Of a stretch of DNA of 64,000 nt, positions 37,436 through 46,885 are shown piece by piece (position 1 is the first letter of the stretch; every line of letters begins with the position of its first letter). Source of the stretch: Candidatus Woesearchaeota archaeon (GTDB taxonomy: Archaea; Nanobdellota; Nanobdellia; SCGC-AAA011-G17; PNOQ01); contig JABHMJ010000022.1 of the NCBI GenBank assembly GCA_018693795.1, forward strand, positions 146 to 64,145, given 5' to 3'. Both the position numbers and the translations under genes were made by a program. Under the pieces are notes generated by a model. That model made no database searches. It worked only from the letters and a program-made list of their open reading frames with translations, and was not told where the DNA came from.

Positions 37436-37977
37436 ATTTTTTTACCTGCTTTTGATGTTATGAATATTCCGTCTTGAAATCTTCTTCTATCTCTGTTTGT
37501 TATTCTTGTTAATGATTCAATAGATGCCGCAACTTGTCCAGCTTTTTCTTTATCTACTGATTTCACAGTGATATCGTTGCCTTTAATTTGAATATCTACT
37601 CCTTCTTGCATTTTCTTTTTTCTAGGAACTGATTCTCCTAAAAAGTTTTTTACAACAACTTCTCCATTGTCTAATGAAACGGTCATTGGAAAATGCCCTG
37701 AACATATTTTTAATGTATATTCATATTCTTCTGTTGTCCCTTTCATCATATTTTTTAAATGGGCTTCAGTTGTTTTCATAATCATTTTTTCTTTTTTTGC
37801 TGCTTTTTTAACAGAAAATATTACTTCTTTATCTTTTACTTCAACTTTTATTCCTGGCGTAAATATTTTTCTAGACAGTTCTCCTTTTGGACCTTTTACT
37901 TTTATCAGATTTTTATCTATAGTAACTTCCACTCCCTCAAGGATACTAATGTTGTCTGTGATATCTACTTTTGCCAT
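37432..37977 (-). CDS. rpl6: 50S ribosomal protein L6 (uL6)
   Basis: Two-domain L6 pattern in operon context. Confidence 0.85.
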   Translation of the reverse strand: MAKVDITDNISILEGVEVTIDKNLIKVKGPKGELSRKIFTPGIKVEVKDKEVIFSVKKAAKKEKMIMKTTEAHLKNMMKGTTEEYEYTLKICSGHFPMTVSLDNGEVVVKNFLGESVPRKKKMQEGVDIQIKGNDITVKSVDKEKAGQVAASIESLTRITNRDRRRFQDGIFITSKAGKKI

Positions 37978-37978
37978 T

Positions 37979-38371
37979 TTAATAACAGTATGCGATTAAC
38001 TTTCCTCCAAGTTTTTGTTCTATTGCTTTATCTTGTGTCATTAATCCTTTTGTTGTTGAAATAATCATTATTCCGAAGTCTTTTGCTGGAAGATATCTTC
38101 TTTCATATTTTTCATATCCTTCTAAACTTACAGGGAATCTTGGTTTTATTGCCCCACAATTGTTTATTGCCCCTTTTAGTTCAACAATTATTGTGTTTCC
38201 TTTTGGACTTTCTTTAAATTCTATTTTATTAACATAACCATGAGATTTCATAATTTCTAAAACTTCTTTTATCATTTTAGATGCATCTCTAACTATGCAT
38301 GTGTTTTTTCCTACCCTTTCACAATTTAACATGTGAGATAAGGCATTTGCTAGTGTATCGTTCATTGACAT
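37979..38371 (-). CDS. rps8: 30S ribosomal protein S8 (uS8)
   Basis: N-terminus NDTLANALSHMLNCERVGK. Confidence 0.9.
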   Translation of the reverse strand: MSMNDTLANALSHMLNCERVGKNTCIVRDASKMIKEVLEIMKSHGYVNKIEFKESPKGNTIIVELKGAINNCGAIKPRFPVSLEGYEKYERRYLPAKDFGIMIISTTKGLMTQDKAIEQKLGGKLIAYCY

Positions 38372-38381
38372 TTTTTTATCC

Positions 38382-38612
38382 TCAGTTGTATTTTTTGAAA
38401 CCTAATTTTTTTGCTGTTTCTCTGAAACATTGTCTGCATAATCCTATGCCATACTTTTGGATATGCCCACCGTTTCTTCCACATCTTTTACATTTTTTTA
38501 AAGCAATTCCACAAGACCTTTCTTTTGGTTTATTGTGTTTTATGAATTTAGCTAACTTTACTGGTTTAGCTTTTAGTTGCGTATATGCTTTTTTATGATC
38601 AGATGCGGTCAT
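38382..38612 (-). CDS. rps14: 30S ribosomal protein S14 (uS14, zinc-binding type)
   Basis: CKRCGR...CRQC zinc ribbon. Confidence 0.85.
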   Translation of the reverse strand: MTASDHKKAYTQLKAKPVKLAKFIKHNKPKERSCGIALKKCKRCGRNGGHIQKYGIGLCRQCFRETAKKLGFKKYN

Positions 38613-39130
38613 TTTTCTTCTTCCTCTCCTATTTTTGCATTATATTTTGTTCTCATGAATTCTTGTGCTTCTTCTGAAGTTATTCTGTGTTTGATTGGGA
38701 TTTTTTTTATATTGAATTTTCTTTTTTTAATTCTAAATCCTGCTCTTTCTAGTGTTACTGCCACTTCTAACCCGACAATCCCAATTTCTACTATATATTC
38801 CATTTCTGGTATATCTATATATTCAGGAATTCCGAATGCAAAGTTTCCTTCTTTATCGAAAGATTTAGGTTTTATAGTATTGTCAACTGCAACAAGCAAT
38901 CTTTTTAGTAATTCTGCTGCTGCTTTTCCTCTTATTGTAACTTTTGTTCCTATTGCTAGACCAGGTCTTACTTGCCAAGTTGGAATTCTTTTATTTGAGA
39001 TTCTTTGAATAGGTTTTTTTCCAGTTATTTTATTTAGAAGCATTGTATATTTCTCTAATTTGTTTCCTGCTTCTCCTGCGCCCATATTAAGGGTTAACTT
39101 CTCTATCTTAATCTCTCTCATCTTGTTCAT
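38609..39130 (-). CDS. rpl5: 50S ribosomal protein L5 (uL5)
   Basis: uL5 core in operon position. Confidence 0.9.
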   Translation of the reverse strand: MNKMREIKIEKLTLNMGAGEAGNKLEKYTMLLNKITGKKPIQRISNKRIPTWQVRPGLAIGTKVTIRGKAAAELLKRLLVAVDNTIKPKSFDKEGNFAFGIPEYIDIPEMEYIVEIGIVGLEVAVTLERAGFRIKKRKFNIKKIPIKHRITSEEAQEFMRTKYNAKIGEEEEK

Positions 39131-39825
39131 TTTTCTAAAGTTACTAAAGGTTTGTTTTTACCGACGATAAAAACATAATTTCTTAATGTTTCGAAATCTT
39201 CTTTTCCTTGAGTGAATATAATTTTTGCAGGTTGTAGTCCTTTCTTTTCTATTATTTCTTTTATTAGACCAATTCTCCCAACTTGTTTTCCAGCTAAAAT
39301 ATATCCCATTGAACCTTTTTCTAATTTAATATGTTCTTTTACTTTATTATCCGAGAAAACAACTGTATCTCCTGTATTGTATTTTTCTTTTGAGATCATA
39401 TTTGATCCTTCTGAAAAATTTACTTGTATTTTCTTATTTTTTAATGAAGTTTTATTTTCTACTCTTTTTAGTATTAATTTTGCTTCATCATTTTTTATTT
39501 TTACTGGGATTAATTTTCCCTTAGTATTGATTATTATTCTATAATTGTCCTTTCCTATTGTTATAACATCTAAAATACCTACAGGCAATTTTTGTTTCTT
39601 TACTATTTTCCCATTAACAGAAACTTTTCCTTGGTTTACGATATATTTAGTTTCTTTTGTAGTTTTTACGTAACCCAATATTTCTTTTAAAATTAAGCCA
39701 GCTGGCATAGACGTTTCAAAAGTATGTGAACCTGGATTAGATCTAAGTACCCAAACATTTGTCTTTCTATTTATAGGCCATGATTTTGGCGCTGCTAATC
39801 TTTTTATGTGTTGTCCTTTTCCCAT
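39127..39825 (-). CDS. rps4e: 30S ribosomal protein S4e
   Basis: N-terminus MGKGQHIKRLAAPKSW. Confidence 0.9.
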   Translation of the reverse strand: MGKGQHIKRLAAPKSWPINRKTNVWVLRSNPGSHTFETSMPAGLILKEILGYVKTTKETKYIVNQGKVSVNGKIVKKQKLPVGILDVITIGKDNYRIIINTKGKLIPVKIKNDEAKLILKRVENKTSLKNKKIQVNFSEGSNMISKEKYNTGDTVVFSDNKVKEHIKLEKGSMGYILAGKQVGRIGLIKEIIEKKGLQPAKIIFTQGKEDFETLRNYVFIVGKNKPLVTLEK

Positions 39826-39826
39826 T

Positions 39827-40207
39827 TTATTTTCTCTCTAGACTTGCTTTTCTTTTTTTGTCTTCTAATTTTAATTCGGTAATCATTAAATTTGAGGGAG
39901 ATATTGGATAAGCTGCTTTTGATCCATCTTTCTTTATATTTTCTGCCCCATTAACATGTATTTTTATATTTCTCATATCAACTTTTTCTACTAATCCAGT
40001 TTTACCTTTGAATTGTCCTCTCATGATTTTTACTTTATCTCCTTTTATTACTGAAAAATTTCTTTTTGTATATTTTTCTCGAAGTTCTTTAGTAAAATTT
40101 ACTGAAATGAACTTCTTTTTTATATGCAAGGGGGCATTATGCCTATACTTTCTTTGCTTTCTAGGTTGTTTGCTCCTTATCCAAGATAGTGAAAATATTG
40201 ATTTCAT
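39827..40207 (-). CDS. rpl24: 50S ribosomal protein L24 (uL24)
   Basis: KOW motif (KGDKVKIMRGQFKGKTG). Confidence 0.85.
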   Translation of the reverse strand: MKSIFSLSWIRSKQPRKQRKYRHNAPLHIKKKFISVNFTKELREKYTKRNFSVIKGDKVKIMRGQFKGKTGLVEKVDMRNIKIHVNGAENIKKDGSKAAYPISPSNLMITELKLEDKKRKASLERK

Positions 40208-40208
40208 T

Positions 40209-40610
40209 TTATACTATAATTTTAGCCACTTTTCCAACGGCCGTCCATCTTTGTGCTGCTTCTTTTGCGATTGGTCCCTTGAAAATTGTTCCTTTTGGGT
40301 TTCCTTTATCATCTTTACAAATTACAACAGCATTGTCTTCGAATTTTATTCTTGTACCATCTGGCCTTTTGTACTCTTTTCTTTGTCTTACTAATATCGC
40401 AGGAAATAATTGTTTTCTCATCTCTTGATTTCCTTGAACTATGGACACTTTTAATAAATCTCCAACGCCAGCTGTAGGGAATCTTCCTTTTCTTGTTTTT
40501 GATCCTTTTACAGAAACTAAGAATGCTTTTTTAGCTCCCGAATTATCACAAACATCTATTCTAGATCCTCTTACAAGAGTTTTTGTAACATTTGCGTTTA
40601 TTGCTTTCAT
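40209..40610 (-). CDS. rpl14: 50S ribosomal protein L14 (uL14)
   Basis: Motif GSRIDVCDNSGAK. Confidence 0.9.
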   Translation of the reverse strand: MKAINANVTKTLVRGSRIDVCDNSGAKKAFLVSVKGSKTRKGRFPTAGVGDLLKVSIVQGNQEMRKQLFPAILVRQRKEYKRPDGTRIKFEDNAVVICKDDKGNPKGTIFKGPIAKEAAQRWTAVGKVAKIIV

Positions 40611-40613
40611 TTT

Positions 40614-40943
40614 TTATTCCTGTTTTTCGATTATAACGAATTTCTTTGTTTTACTTATTGGTTTTGTTTCAACAATTTTAACCATATCTCCTTTTTGTGC
40701 ATCTATGCACGGTGGATTGTGAACGCTAACCTTTGATCTTCTTTTTTCTGTTCTTTCATATTTTGGAATTTTTATTATTCTATCCCAGCCTACAACTGCA
40801 GAATTATGGGTGTCTTTAGAAATAAGAGTTCCAGCGAAAGCTCTACCTCTAAGTTTTATTGTCCCATGATATGGACAATTCTTATCAGTGCACTTTTCTT
40901 TTGGTGCTTTTACTTCAATTCCAATGTTTTTTTGTTTTTTCAT
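40614..40943 (-). CDS. rps17: 30S ribosomal protein S17 (uS17)
   Basis: CPYHG...GTLISKDTHNSAVV motif. Confidence 0.85.
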   Translation of the reverse strand: MKKQKNIGIEVKAPKEKCTDKNCPYHGTIKLRGRAFAGTLISKDTHNSAVVGWDRIIKIPKYERTEKRRSKVSVHNPPCIDAQKGDMVKIVETKPISKTKKFVIIEKQE

Positions 40944-41170
40944 TTTTTTATTCTGTCTTCTGGTTTTTTTTGTAACGATTTTCCATCGACGATTTCTTTG
41001 CCAATTTCCAATGTTACGTGCGATTTGAGCAACTTTTTTTTGTTACTCAATGTGATCGTGTTTTTTGTTTCTTCAACAACATCTCCGGTTAATCCGACAA
41101 GTGATTTGTTTTTTGAATCGACGACCTTTATTTTTTTTCCAATGATTTCTTTTTTCCAAGTTTTTACCAT
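40940..41170 (-). CDS. rnp1: RNase P protein component 1 (Rpp29/Pop4)
   Basis: SLVGLTGDVVEETKNTITL motif (Rpp29 signature) in the conserved S17-Rpp29-SUI1-L29 position. Start moved to an internal ATG to avoid a 29-nt overlap with SUI1. Confidence 0.65.
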   Translation of the reverse strand: MVKTWKKEIIGKKIKVVDSKNKSLVGLTGDVVEETKNTITLSNKKKLLKSHVTLEIGKEIVDGKSLQKKPEDRIKK

Positions 41171-41171
41171 T

Positions 41172-41477
41172 TTATTCAATGGTGTCTCGGTTGAAACCAA
41201 GCTTCACAAGTTCTTCTTTTACTTTTGCTACGTTATGGTCGCCTTGGAGTTCAATTGTTGACTCTTTGACCGTCCCGCCACAAGCAAACTTGCTTTTAAG
41301 CTTTTTGGACACATCTTTTATGTCGATTTTTGCCTTGTCTATACCTTCGATGACTGTTATTATTTTTCCGTATCGTTTTTTTTCTTTTTTAACACGGATT
41401 GCCTGATCTTCTTTTGCTATTGTTTCGCAAACGCAAAGGTCCTCTGGAAGCCCACATGTGGAGCATATTTCAGTCAT
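41172..41477 (-). CDS. translation initiation factor SUI1 (aIF1)
   Basis: SUI1 fold motifs (RVKKEKKRYGKIITVIEG...FACGGTV). Confidence 0.85.
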   Translation of the reverse strand: MTEICSTCGLPEDLCVCETIAKEDQAIRVKKEKKRYGKIITVIEGIDKAKIDIKDVSKKLKSKFACGGTVKESTIELQGDHNVAKVKEELVKLGFNRDTIE

Positions 41478-41686
41478 ACTTTATTCTCACCCTCCTTTTG
41501 TTTCTGGATTGTTAATATTCTTGCTATGGTTCTTTTTATTTCTCCAATTTTTCCAGGATTTTCTGGAGCAGTACCCATAGCAACTTGAGCATTAAGGGAA
41601 ACTAATTCACTTCTTAATTCAAACAATTTAGTTGTGATTGTTTTGTCATCCATTTCTCTTATTTCTTTTGATTTTATGATTGCCAT
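41474..41686 (-). CDS. rpl29: 50S ribosomal protein L29 (uL29)
   Basis: ELRSELVSL motif. Confidence 0.85.
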   Translation of the reverse strand: MAIIKSKEIREMDDKTITTKLFELRSELVSLNAQVAMGTAPENPGKIGEIKRTIARILTIQKQKEGENKV

Positions 41687-41687
41687 T

Positions 41688-42680
41688 TTATTCTTTTTTT
41701 GCTTCTTTCTTTTTTGCTAGTTCAGCAGCTGTTGGAACTTTTTCTTCTTTAGTCACTTCTTTAACTATTTCTTTTCCTGATTCTTCTTTAACTTCTTCAG
41801 CTACTTTTTCTGCAACTTCTTTTTCCATTCCTTCTTTTTGAAGTTCTTCCTTTACTTCCTCTTTTACTTCTTCCTTGATCTCTTCTTTAGTTGCAGTTTT
41901 TTTAGGTTCTTCTTTAACTTCTTCTTTTTTCTTTGAAGCAACTTTCTTTTTGGAAGGTTCTTTCTTAGAAACTTTTTCTTCTTTCTCAGAAGGTTTTTCT
42001 TTTGGTGCTTTTTCTTTGATTTCTTCTTTTACTTTTTCTTCTTTTTCACCTTCAAGAACTTCTTCTTGTTTTGCAATTATTGTGCTTTTGATTTTGATTG
42101 TATCTGGAAGTACCACATCCGGTGTTAAAATACTTACTTTAACTCCAACTGAACCTGATTTAAGATGTGCAACTGCGAATCCTTTACTAATAAAATTTTC
42201 AGCAATATCTCCTGATTTTTTTAAGTGTCCTGCTGAGAATCTCCATGTTTTTGATCTTTGACTTGGAACTCCTCTTCCTGAAATAACAATTTCTCCGCCT
42301 ATTGCTCCAGCTTGAATTATTGTATCTAACATTTTGTATCCCAAAAATTTAAATCTTTGAGGGCCAAATCTTTCAAAAGTATGAACTATGTGTTTTGCAA
42401 CAGAATGTGGATTCAAATTTGGATTATCAATTTCACTTACTTCAACTTGTGGATTTTCATATCCGAATTTTATTTTTAGAACTTCTGTAAGTTCTTTTAT
42501 GTTTGCACCCTTTCTTCCCACTATGAATCCAGGTTTTGATGTATAGATTGTAACTTTTTCACCTAATGGAGTTTTTTGAATAGTTGTGTGGCTATATCCA
42601 GGCCTATCTAAGACTTCTGCTATGTATTCCATAATTTCAAATTCTTTAAGTTTTTTTTGTATAATATCTCTCTCAATCAT
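41688..42680 (-). CDS. rps3: 30S ribosomal protein S3 (uS3) with K/E-rich C-terminal extension
   Basis: KH domain plus uS3 C-domain, then about 120 aa of EEVKEE repeats. Confidence 0.9.
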   Translation of the reverse strand: MIERDIIQKKLKEFEIMEYIAEVLDRPGYSHTTIQKTPLGEKVTIYTSKPGFIVGRKGANIKELTEVLKIKFGYENPQVEVSEIDNPNLNPHSVAKHIVHTFERFGPQRFKFLGYKMLDTIIQAGAIGGEIVISGRGVPSQRSKTWRFSAGHLKKSGDIAENFISKGFAVAHLKSGSVGVKVSILTPDVVLPDTIKIKSTIIAKQEEVLEGEKEEKVKEEIKEKAPKEKPSEKEEKVSKKEPSKKKVASKKKEEVKEEPKKTATKEEIKEEVKEEVKEELQKEGMEKEVAEKVAEEVKEESGKEIVKEVTKEEKVPTAAELAKKKEAKKE

Positions 42681-43174
42681 TCTTCTTTCTCCATTACTTT
42701 AATTGATAAATGGGTGTTTTTCATTTTTCTTCTTCTCATTCTACCTTGATGCCATTGTTGTGGCCCTTGATCTGCTTTCATTTCAGTAATAATTAAATTT
42801 TTTGAATCTAATCCTTTATCTTCTGCATTTGCTTCTGCAGTATTTATTAATATAAGGAAATTTTGTATTGCTTTTTCTGGATATCTTCCTGATGCAATAT
42901 TTCCTGGTTTATGTCCAGTATCTCTATTATATCTTTTAAAAGGGACTGCCCGTTTATGTTCTAAAACTTCATTTAACAACATTTTTGCTTTTGATGTTTC
43001 TTTTCTTCTTATGAAATTAGAAATTTCAACTGATTGTTTTGTTGAGATTGGAAGATTAATAGACTTTGCAGTAGCAAAATGTTCTTTTTTATCTGCTGTA
43101 GTTTCCACTTTTTTAGTTTCTACTTTTTCAACAGGTTTTTTCTCTTCCACAGTTGTTTTTTTAGTTTCAGCCAT
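42677..43174 (-). CDS. rpl22: 50S ribosomal protein L22 (uL22)
   Basis: uL22 core preceded by a basic N-terminal extension. Confidence 0.85.
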   Translation of the reverse strand: MAETKKTTVEEKKPVEKVETKKVETTADKKEHFATAKSINLPISTKQSVEISNFIRRKETSKAKMLLNEVLEHKRAVPFKRYNRDTGHKPGNIASGRYPEKAIQNFLILINTAEANAEDKGLDSKNLIITEMKADQGPQQWHQGRMRRRKMKNTHLSIKVMEKEE

Positions 43175-43176
43175 TT

Positions 43177-43575
43177 TTATTTAACAGATGCATATGCACT
43201 AGATCTTGTAGCTCCAATACCTGGTGCGCTGTGTTTTAATCTTACTCTAGTTTCAGCGAATTCTCCAAGTCTGTGACCTATCATTTCTGGCATAATTTCA
43301 ATTGCATCAAATTTATTTCCTCTATGAATTTGAATTTTTAATCCTACCATAATCGGGAGTATAACCATATTTCTGCAATGTGTTTTTATTGCTTTTTTGT
43401 ATGTTCCATTACTTGCGGCTTCTACTTTTTTCATTAATAATTTCTGTGCATCAGTAAATCCTCTAGTGATTGTTCTTCTTTCTCTAGTAGGAAGTAATTT
43501 TGCTACTTCTTGAATTGGCATTGCCTTAAGTTCTTCTAATGTTTTTCCCCGATATGTGAATTCTTTTTTAGCCAT
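43177..43575 (-). CDS. rps19: 30S ribosomal protein S19 (uS19)
   Basis: GHRLGEF...GIGATRSS motif. Confidence 0.9.
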   Translation of the reverse strand: MAKKEFTYRGKTLEELKAMPIQEVAKLLPTRERRTITRGFTDAQKLLMKKVEAASNGTYKKAIKTHCRNMVILPIMVGLKIQIHRGNKFDAIEIMPEMIGHRLGEFAETRVRLKHSAPGIGATRSSAYASVK

Positions 43576-43577
43576 TT

Positions 43578-44300
43578 TTATTTCTTACCTGTCCTCTTAG
43601 ATGCGATAGAACCAACTTTTCTTCCAGGTGGTGCTGTTCTGGATACAGTTCTTGGTTTTCCCATATGTCTTCCTCTACCGGAACCAAATGGATGATCTAC
43701 TGCATTCATCGCTACACCAGATGTTTTTGGGAATAGTTTGTTCTTTCCTTTCATAATCTTTACTTTTTTACCTGCTTTAAGTATTGGTTTATCTTTTCTT
43801 CCGCCACCAGCAACTATACCAACCGTTGCACGGCAGTTTGAATCTAATATTTTTGTTTTCTTTGATTTAAATTGAATAGTAACTTTTTTATCTGTTTTTG
43901 CAATTACTCTTGCGAAACTTCCTGCAGTTTTAACAAATTTTCCGCCGTCTCCAGCTTGTCCTTCCACATTATGAATTTGTGTTCCTATTTGTGTTGCACC
44001 CAATGGAACTGTGTTTCCTAGTTTTACTTCTGCTTTTTTTCCAGAATATACAATGTTTTTTGTATTTAATCCAAAAGGTGCAATAGTTAATATTCTTTCT
44101 CCACCTTCAAATTCTACTTCTATTAGAGGAGCTGAATGTCCTGGGCAATTAATCATATCTAATACTTTTCCAGCAATAACACCTTCTTTTTCAAGATTAT
44201 CATATGTTCTATTTGAAACAGCACCAATAAATTTGTGGCCAGGAGACCTATATGTTTGTGTTCCTCTTCCCCGTCTTTGTGATATTATTCTTTTACCCAT
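43578..44300 (-). CDS. rpl2: 50S ribosomal protein L2 (uL2)
   Basis: Conserved GRG...HPFGGG motifs. Confidence 0.95.
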   Translation of the reverse strand: MGKRIISQRRGRGTQTYRSPGHKFIGAVSNRTYDNLEKEGVIAGKVLDMINCPGHSAPLIEVEFEGGERILTIAPFGLNTKNIVYSGKKAEVKLGNTVPLGATQIGTQIHNVEGQAGDGGKFVKTAGSFARVIAKTDKKVTIQFKSKKTKILDSNCRATVGIVAGGGRKDKPILKAGKKVKIMKGKNKLFPKTSGVAMNAVDHPFGSGRGRHMGKPRTVSRTAPPGRKVGSIASKRTGKK

Positions 44301-44301
44301 T

Positions 44302-44562
44302 TTACATTAATCCTAATTTTGTAGCAACATCAATTGCTGGGGTTTCTTGAGATAACAAAATGTACGCTTTTTTTCTGTTATCTGGTGTGTTTAGTGTGGA
44401 AACTTTTAAAACTTTAACACTGAATAATTCTTCTACTGCTTTTTTAATGTCATTTTTTGTAGCTTTTCTATCTACAATTAACACTAACTTGTTCTCTACT
44501 TCCATCATCCTAACAGCCTTTTCAGTTGCTAGTGGATATTTTATCGTTTTGTATGCTTCCAT
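44302..44562 (-). CDS. rpl23: 50S ribosomal protein L23 (uL23)
   Basis: KENKLVLIVDRKATK motif. Confidence 0.85.
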   Translation of the reverse strand: MEAYKTIKYPLATEKAVRMMEVENKLVLIVDRKATKNDIKKAVEELFSVKVLKVSTLNTPDNRKKAYILLSQETPAIDVATKLGLM

Positions 44563-45373
44563 TTTTTGAATAAAATAAATTTTCTTTTTCTAATCTTTGT
44601 ATTGAATTTGAAGACCAAATTACTAATCTCCCTGGTTCAGCACCTGGTGCTAAAAGTTCTGTATTCAATGAAGAAACTTCAGTAATTTCGAACCCAGGCA
44701 TATTTCTTCCAGATTTGTAAACTTTTGAATCATTACTTGAAACAACTATTAAAGGTCCTTTTACTTTTCTATATTTTCTTCCCCTCATTGTTCCTTTTCC
44801 TGCCCTTACTTTTTTGTTATCTGCTCTTTCTAGTTCAGGAGTTAAGTTTAATTTTTCTAATAATGCCTTGATTTCTTTTGTTTTATTTACATCTTCTAAT
44901 TTTTCAACTATTAAAGGTAAATTTTCTGTTGTTTTTATTCCCTTATTTTCTAAATAATCTTTATCGATTGTAGCTGCTATTGCAGAACGTATTGCTTTTT
45001 GTCTTTCTTTTTTATTTAATGATTTTGCGAATATTTTTTCTCCCTTAGGAGGATGAGCCCTTCTTCCACCCATTGTACCAGAAACAACAGCTCCAGTATA
45101 AATGAATTGTGTTCCTCTTCTTAACATAACTTTTCTAGGAATTCTAGACGCGCTTCTACCATATCCACCACGATAGGCTTTTCTTCTTCTTGAAAGTTTT
45201 GCAGAATATTCAATCCCTGCTCGAGGGTCTGTACCATATTGTTGCCTTTTTCTAGATTGAATAACTAATACGGCCTGTTTTATTAAATCGGGCCTTATTT
45301 CTTCTGAGAACTGTTTAGGTAATTCTATTTCCTTTCCTTTTGTCCCAGTTATAGTATATGTAGTAGCTTTCAT
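44522..45373 (-). CDS. rpl4: 50S ribosomal protein L4 (uL4)
   Basis: uL4 core (GTMGGRRAHPPK). Confidence 0.9.
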   Translation of the reverse strand: MKATTYTITGTKGKEIELPKQFSEEIRPDLIKQAVLVIQSRKRQQYGTDPRAGIEYSAKLSRRRKAYRGGYGRSASRIPRKVMLRRGTQFIYTGAVVSGTMGGRRAHPPKGEKIFAKSLNKKERQKAIRSAIAATIDKDYLENKGIKTTENLPLIVEKLEDVNKTKEIKALLEKLNLTPELERADNKKVRAGKGTMRGRKYRKVKGPLIVVSSNDSKVYKSGRNMPGFEITEVSSLNTELLAPGAEPGRLVIWSSNSIQRLEKENLFYSKNGSIQNDKISTSN

Positions 45374-46314
45374 TGTTTAGACTCTGTACTTATTGATTTT
45401 ACATCAACAGGTTTTTCTGATTTTTTATCTCGAATTGTGTTTGAAAATATTATTAATCTTTTTGATGGTCCAGCGACTGAACCTTTAATTAACATGTATT
45501 TATTTTTTACAAGACCGTATTGTTTAATTCCGCCCTTTTGATTTACTTCTTCTGGATTTTCTCCAATCTTTAATATTAATTTATTATATTCTGTCCTTTT
45601 ATGATAACCGTGTTGTCCGTGTTGTGGAACTCTCCAAGAAGTTTTTCTCGGTGTAAATGGTCCAAGGTTACCTGCAGATCTTCTTTTCTTTTCGGATTTA
45701 TGAGATTTTAATGCTATTCCGAATCTTTTTACAGGTCCAGTAAATCCATGACCTTTTGTTATGGCGTGAACGTCTGTATATTCTCCTGCTGCAAATGTAT
45801 CTTCTATATTAATTTCTTTTTCTAATAATGATTTTGCATATTCTAAATCTCCACCCAATGGAATTTCAAATACTTCTGGTTTTTTCTTTCCAATTCCAGT
45901 TAAGTTTGGTTGAGTGTAAACAACTAGTTTTAAGAAATCATAATCTTTTGGAATTTCTTCTTTTGTTTTTTTAGGTAATGATATTTTTTTTGATAATTCT
46001 TTATTAAGATTTTTTGAGAAAATTTGTGTTATTGGTTGAGAACCGTAAGCTGTTTTTTTATAGAATCTTAAAGAAAGAGGTTTTAGGGGTGGGCACTCAA
46101 TAATCGTCACGGGAGTTGTTGTGATAATTTCTACACCTTTTTTCCCTTGTTTAGAATCTTGAATGTGAGTCATTCCAACTTTATATCCTGCAAAAGCTAG
46201 AGGCTTATTATTATCGTTTGATATCCATGATTTAATATTAGCATAAATTCTTTGAGCTCTCACTCTAGGCCAAAACTGCAAACTTCCTGATCTTGGTTGA
46301 TGTCTCTTCGCCAT
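45370..46314 (-). CDS. rpl3: 50S ribosomal protein L3 (uL3)
   Basis: Start set at MAKRHQPRSGSLQFWPRVRA (canonical uL3 N-terminus). The longer ORF to 46488 is likely 5' leader. Confidence 0.9.
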   Translation of the reverse strand: MAKRHQPRSGSLQFWPRVRAQRIYANIKSWISNDNNKPLAFAGYKVGMTHIQDSKQGKKGVEIITTTPVTIIECPPLKPLSLRFYKKTAYGSQPITQIFSKNLNKELSKKISLPKKTKEEIPKDYDFLKLVVYTQPNLTGIGKKKPEVFEIPLGGDLEYAKSLLEKEINIEDTFAAGEYTDVHAITKGHGFTGPVKRFGIALKSHKSEKKRRSAGNLGPFTPRKTSWRVPQHGQHGYHKRTEYNKLILKIGENPEEVNQKGGIKQYGLVKNKYMLIKGSVAGPSKRLIIFSNTIRDKKSEKPVDVKSISTESKQ

Positions 46315-46544
46315 GTTTCTTTTTGGGAACTTGTTTCGTTTATAAATCTTTCTAGAATCAGCGGTCTGATAAACGCATACAGTAGGGTATTCTTTTGTTG
46401 TTTTATATGGTTTATAAGTGTTTTTGTTGATAGAAAATGAAGGAAGACCTAGTGTCTTTTCATCATTCATAAGGTGAAACCACACCAATAGTAGAAAAGT
46501 TTCCGCGGGCCTTCCAAAAATAAAAATAATCTAAACTTTAAAAA

Positions 46545-46835
46545 TTATTCGTGTTTTCCGGCCAACCAATTAAAGAATTCTATTCCAATTAAAATAAAAA
46601 CTAACCAAATAAATGTGTTTAGTAATAATCTTAAGAATAATAGTGCACTCAGTAATAAAAGTAAAAATATCCAACTTTTTTTGAACATATTTGGCCATGT
46701 AAACTTGTTTTTCTTAGATAATTCAGATAAGATCCAATCAAAGTAATTTTTTATGGCAAATTTAGACATATAGAGTAAATAAAAATAAGATAATATAAAC
46801 TTTACTATGAAAATTACTGATAAATATATACTCAA
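46545..46835 (-). CDS. hypothetical small membrane protein (96 aa)
   Basis: 3 predicted TM helices, upstream of the ribosomal operon. Confidence 0.3.
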   Translation of the reverse strand: MSIYLSVIFIVKFILSYFYLLYMSKFAIKNYFDWILSELSKKNKFTWPNMFKKSWIFLLLLLSALLFLRLLLNTFIWLVFILIGIEFFNWLAGKHE

Positions 46836-46885
46836 TCATACATATCGAAAGCTTTATATACCTAATACTACTACAAAGTGGTACA

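Noticed and set aside
45370-46488. Long L3 ORF starting at 46488 (372 aa)
   Set aside because: The N-terminal 58 aa have no counterpart in uL3. The canonical MAKRHQPRSGSL start is at 46314; the extension is probably 5' UTR read-through in the ORF track.
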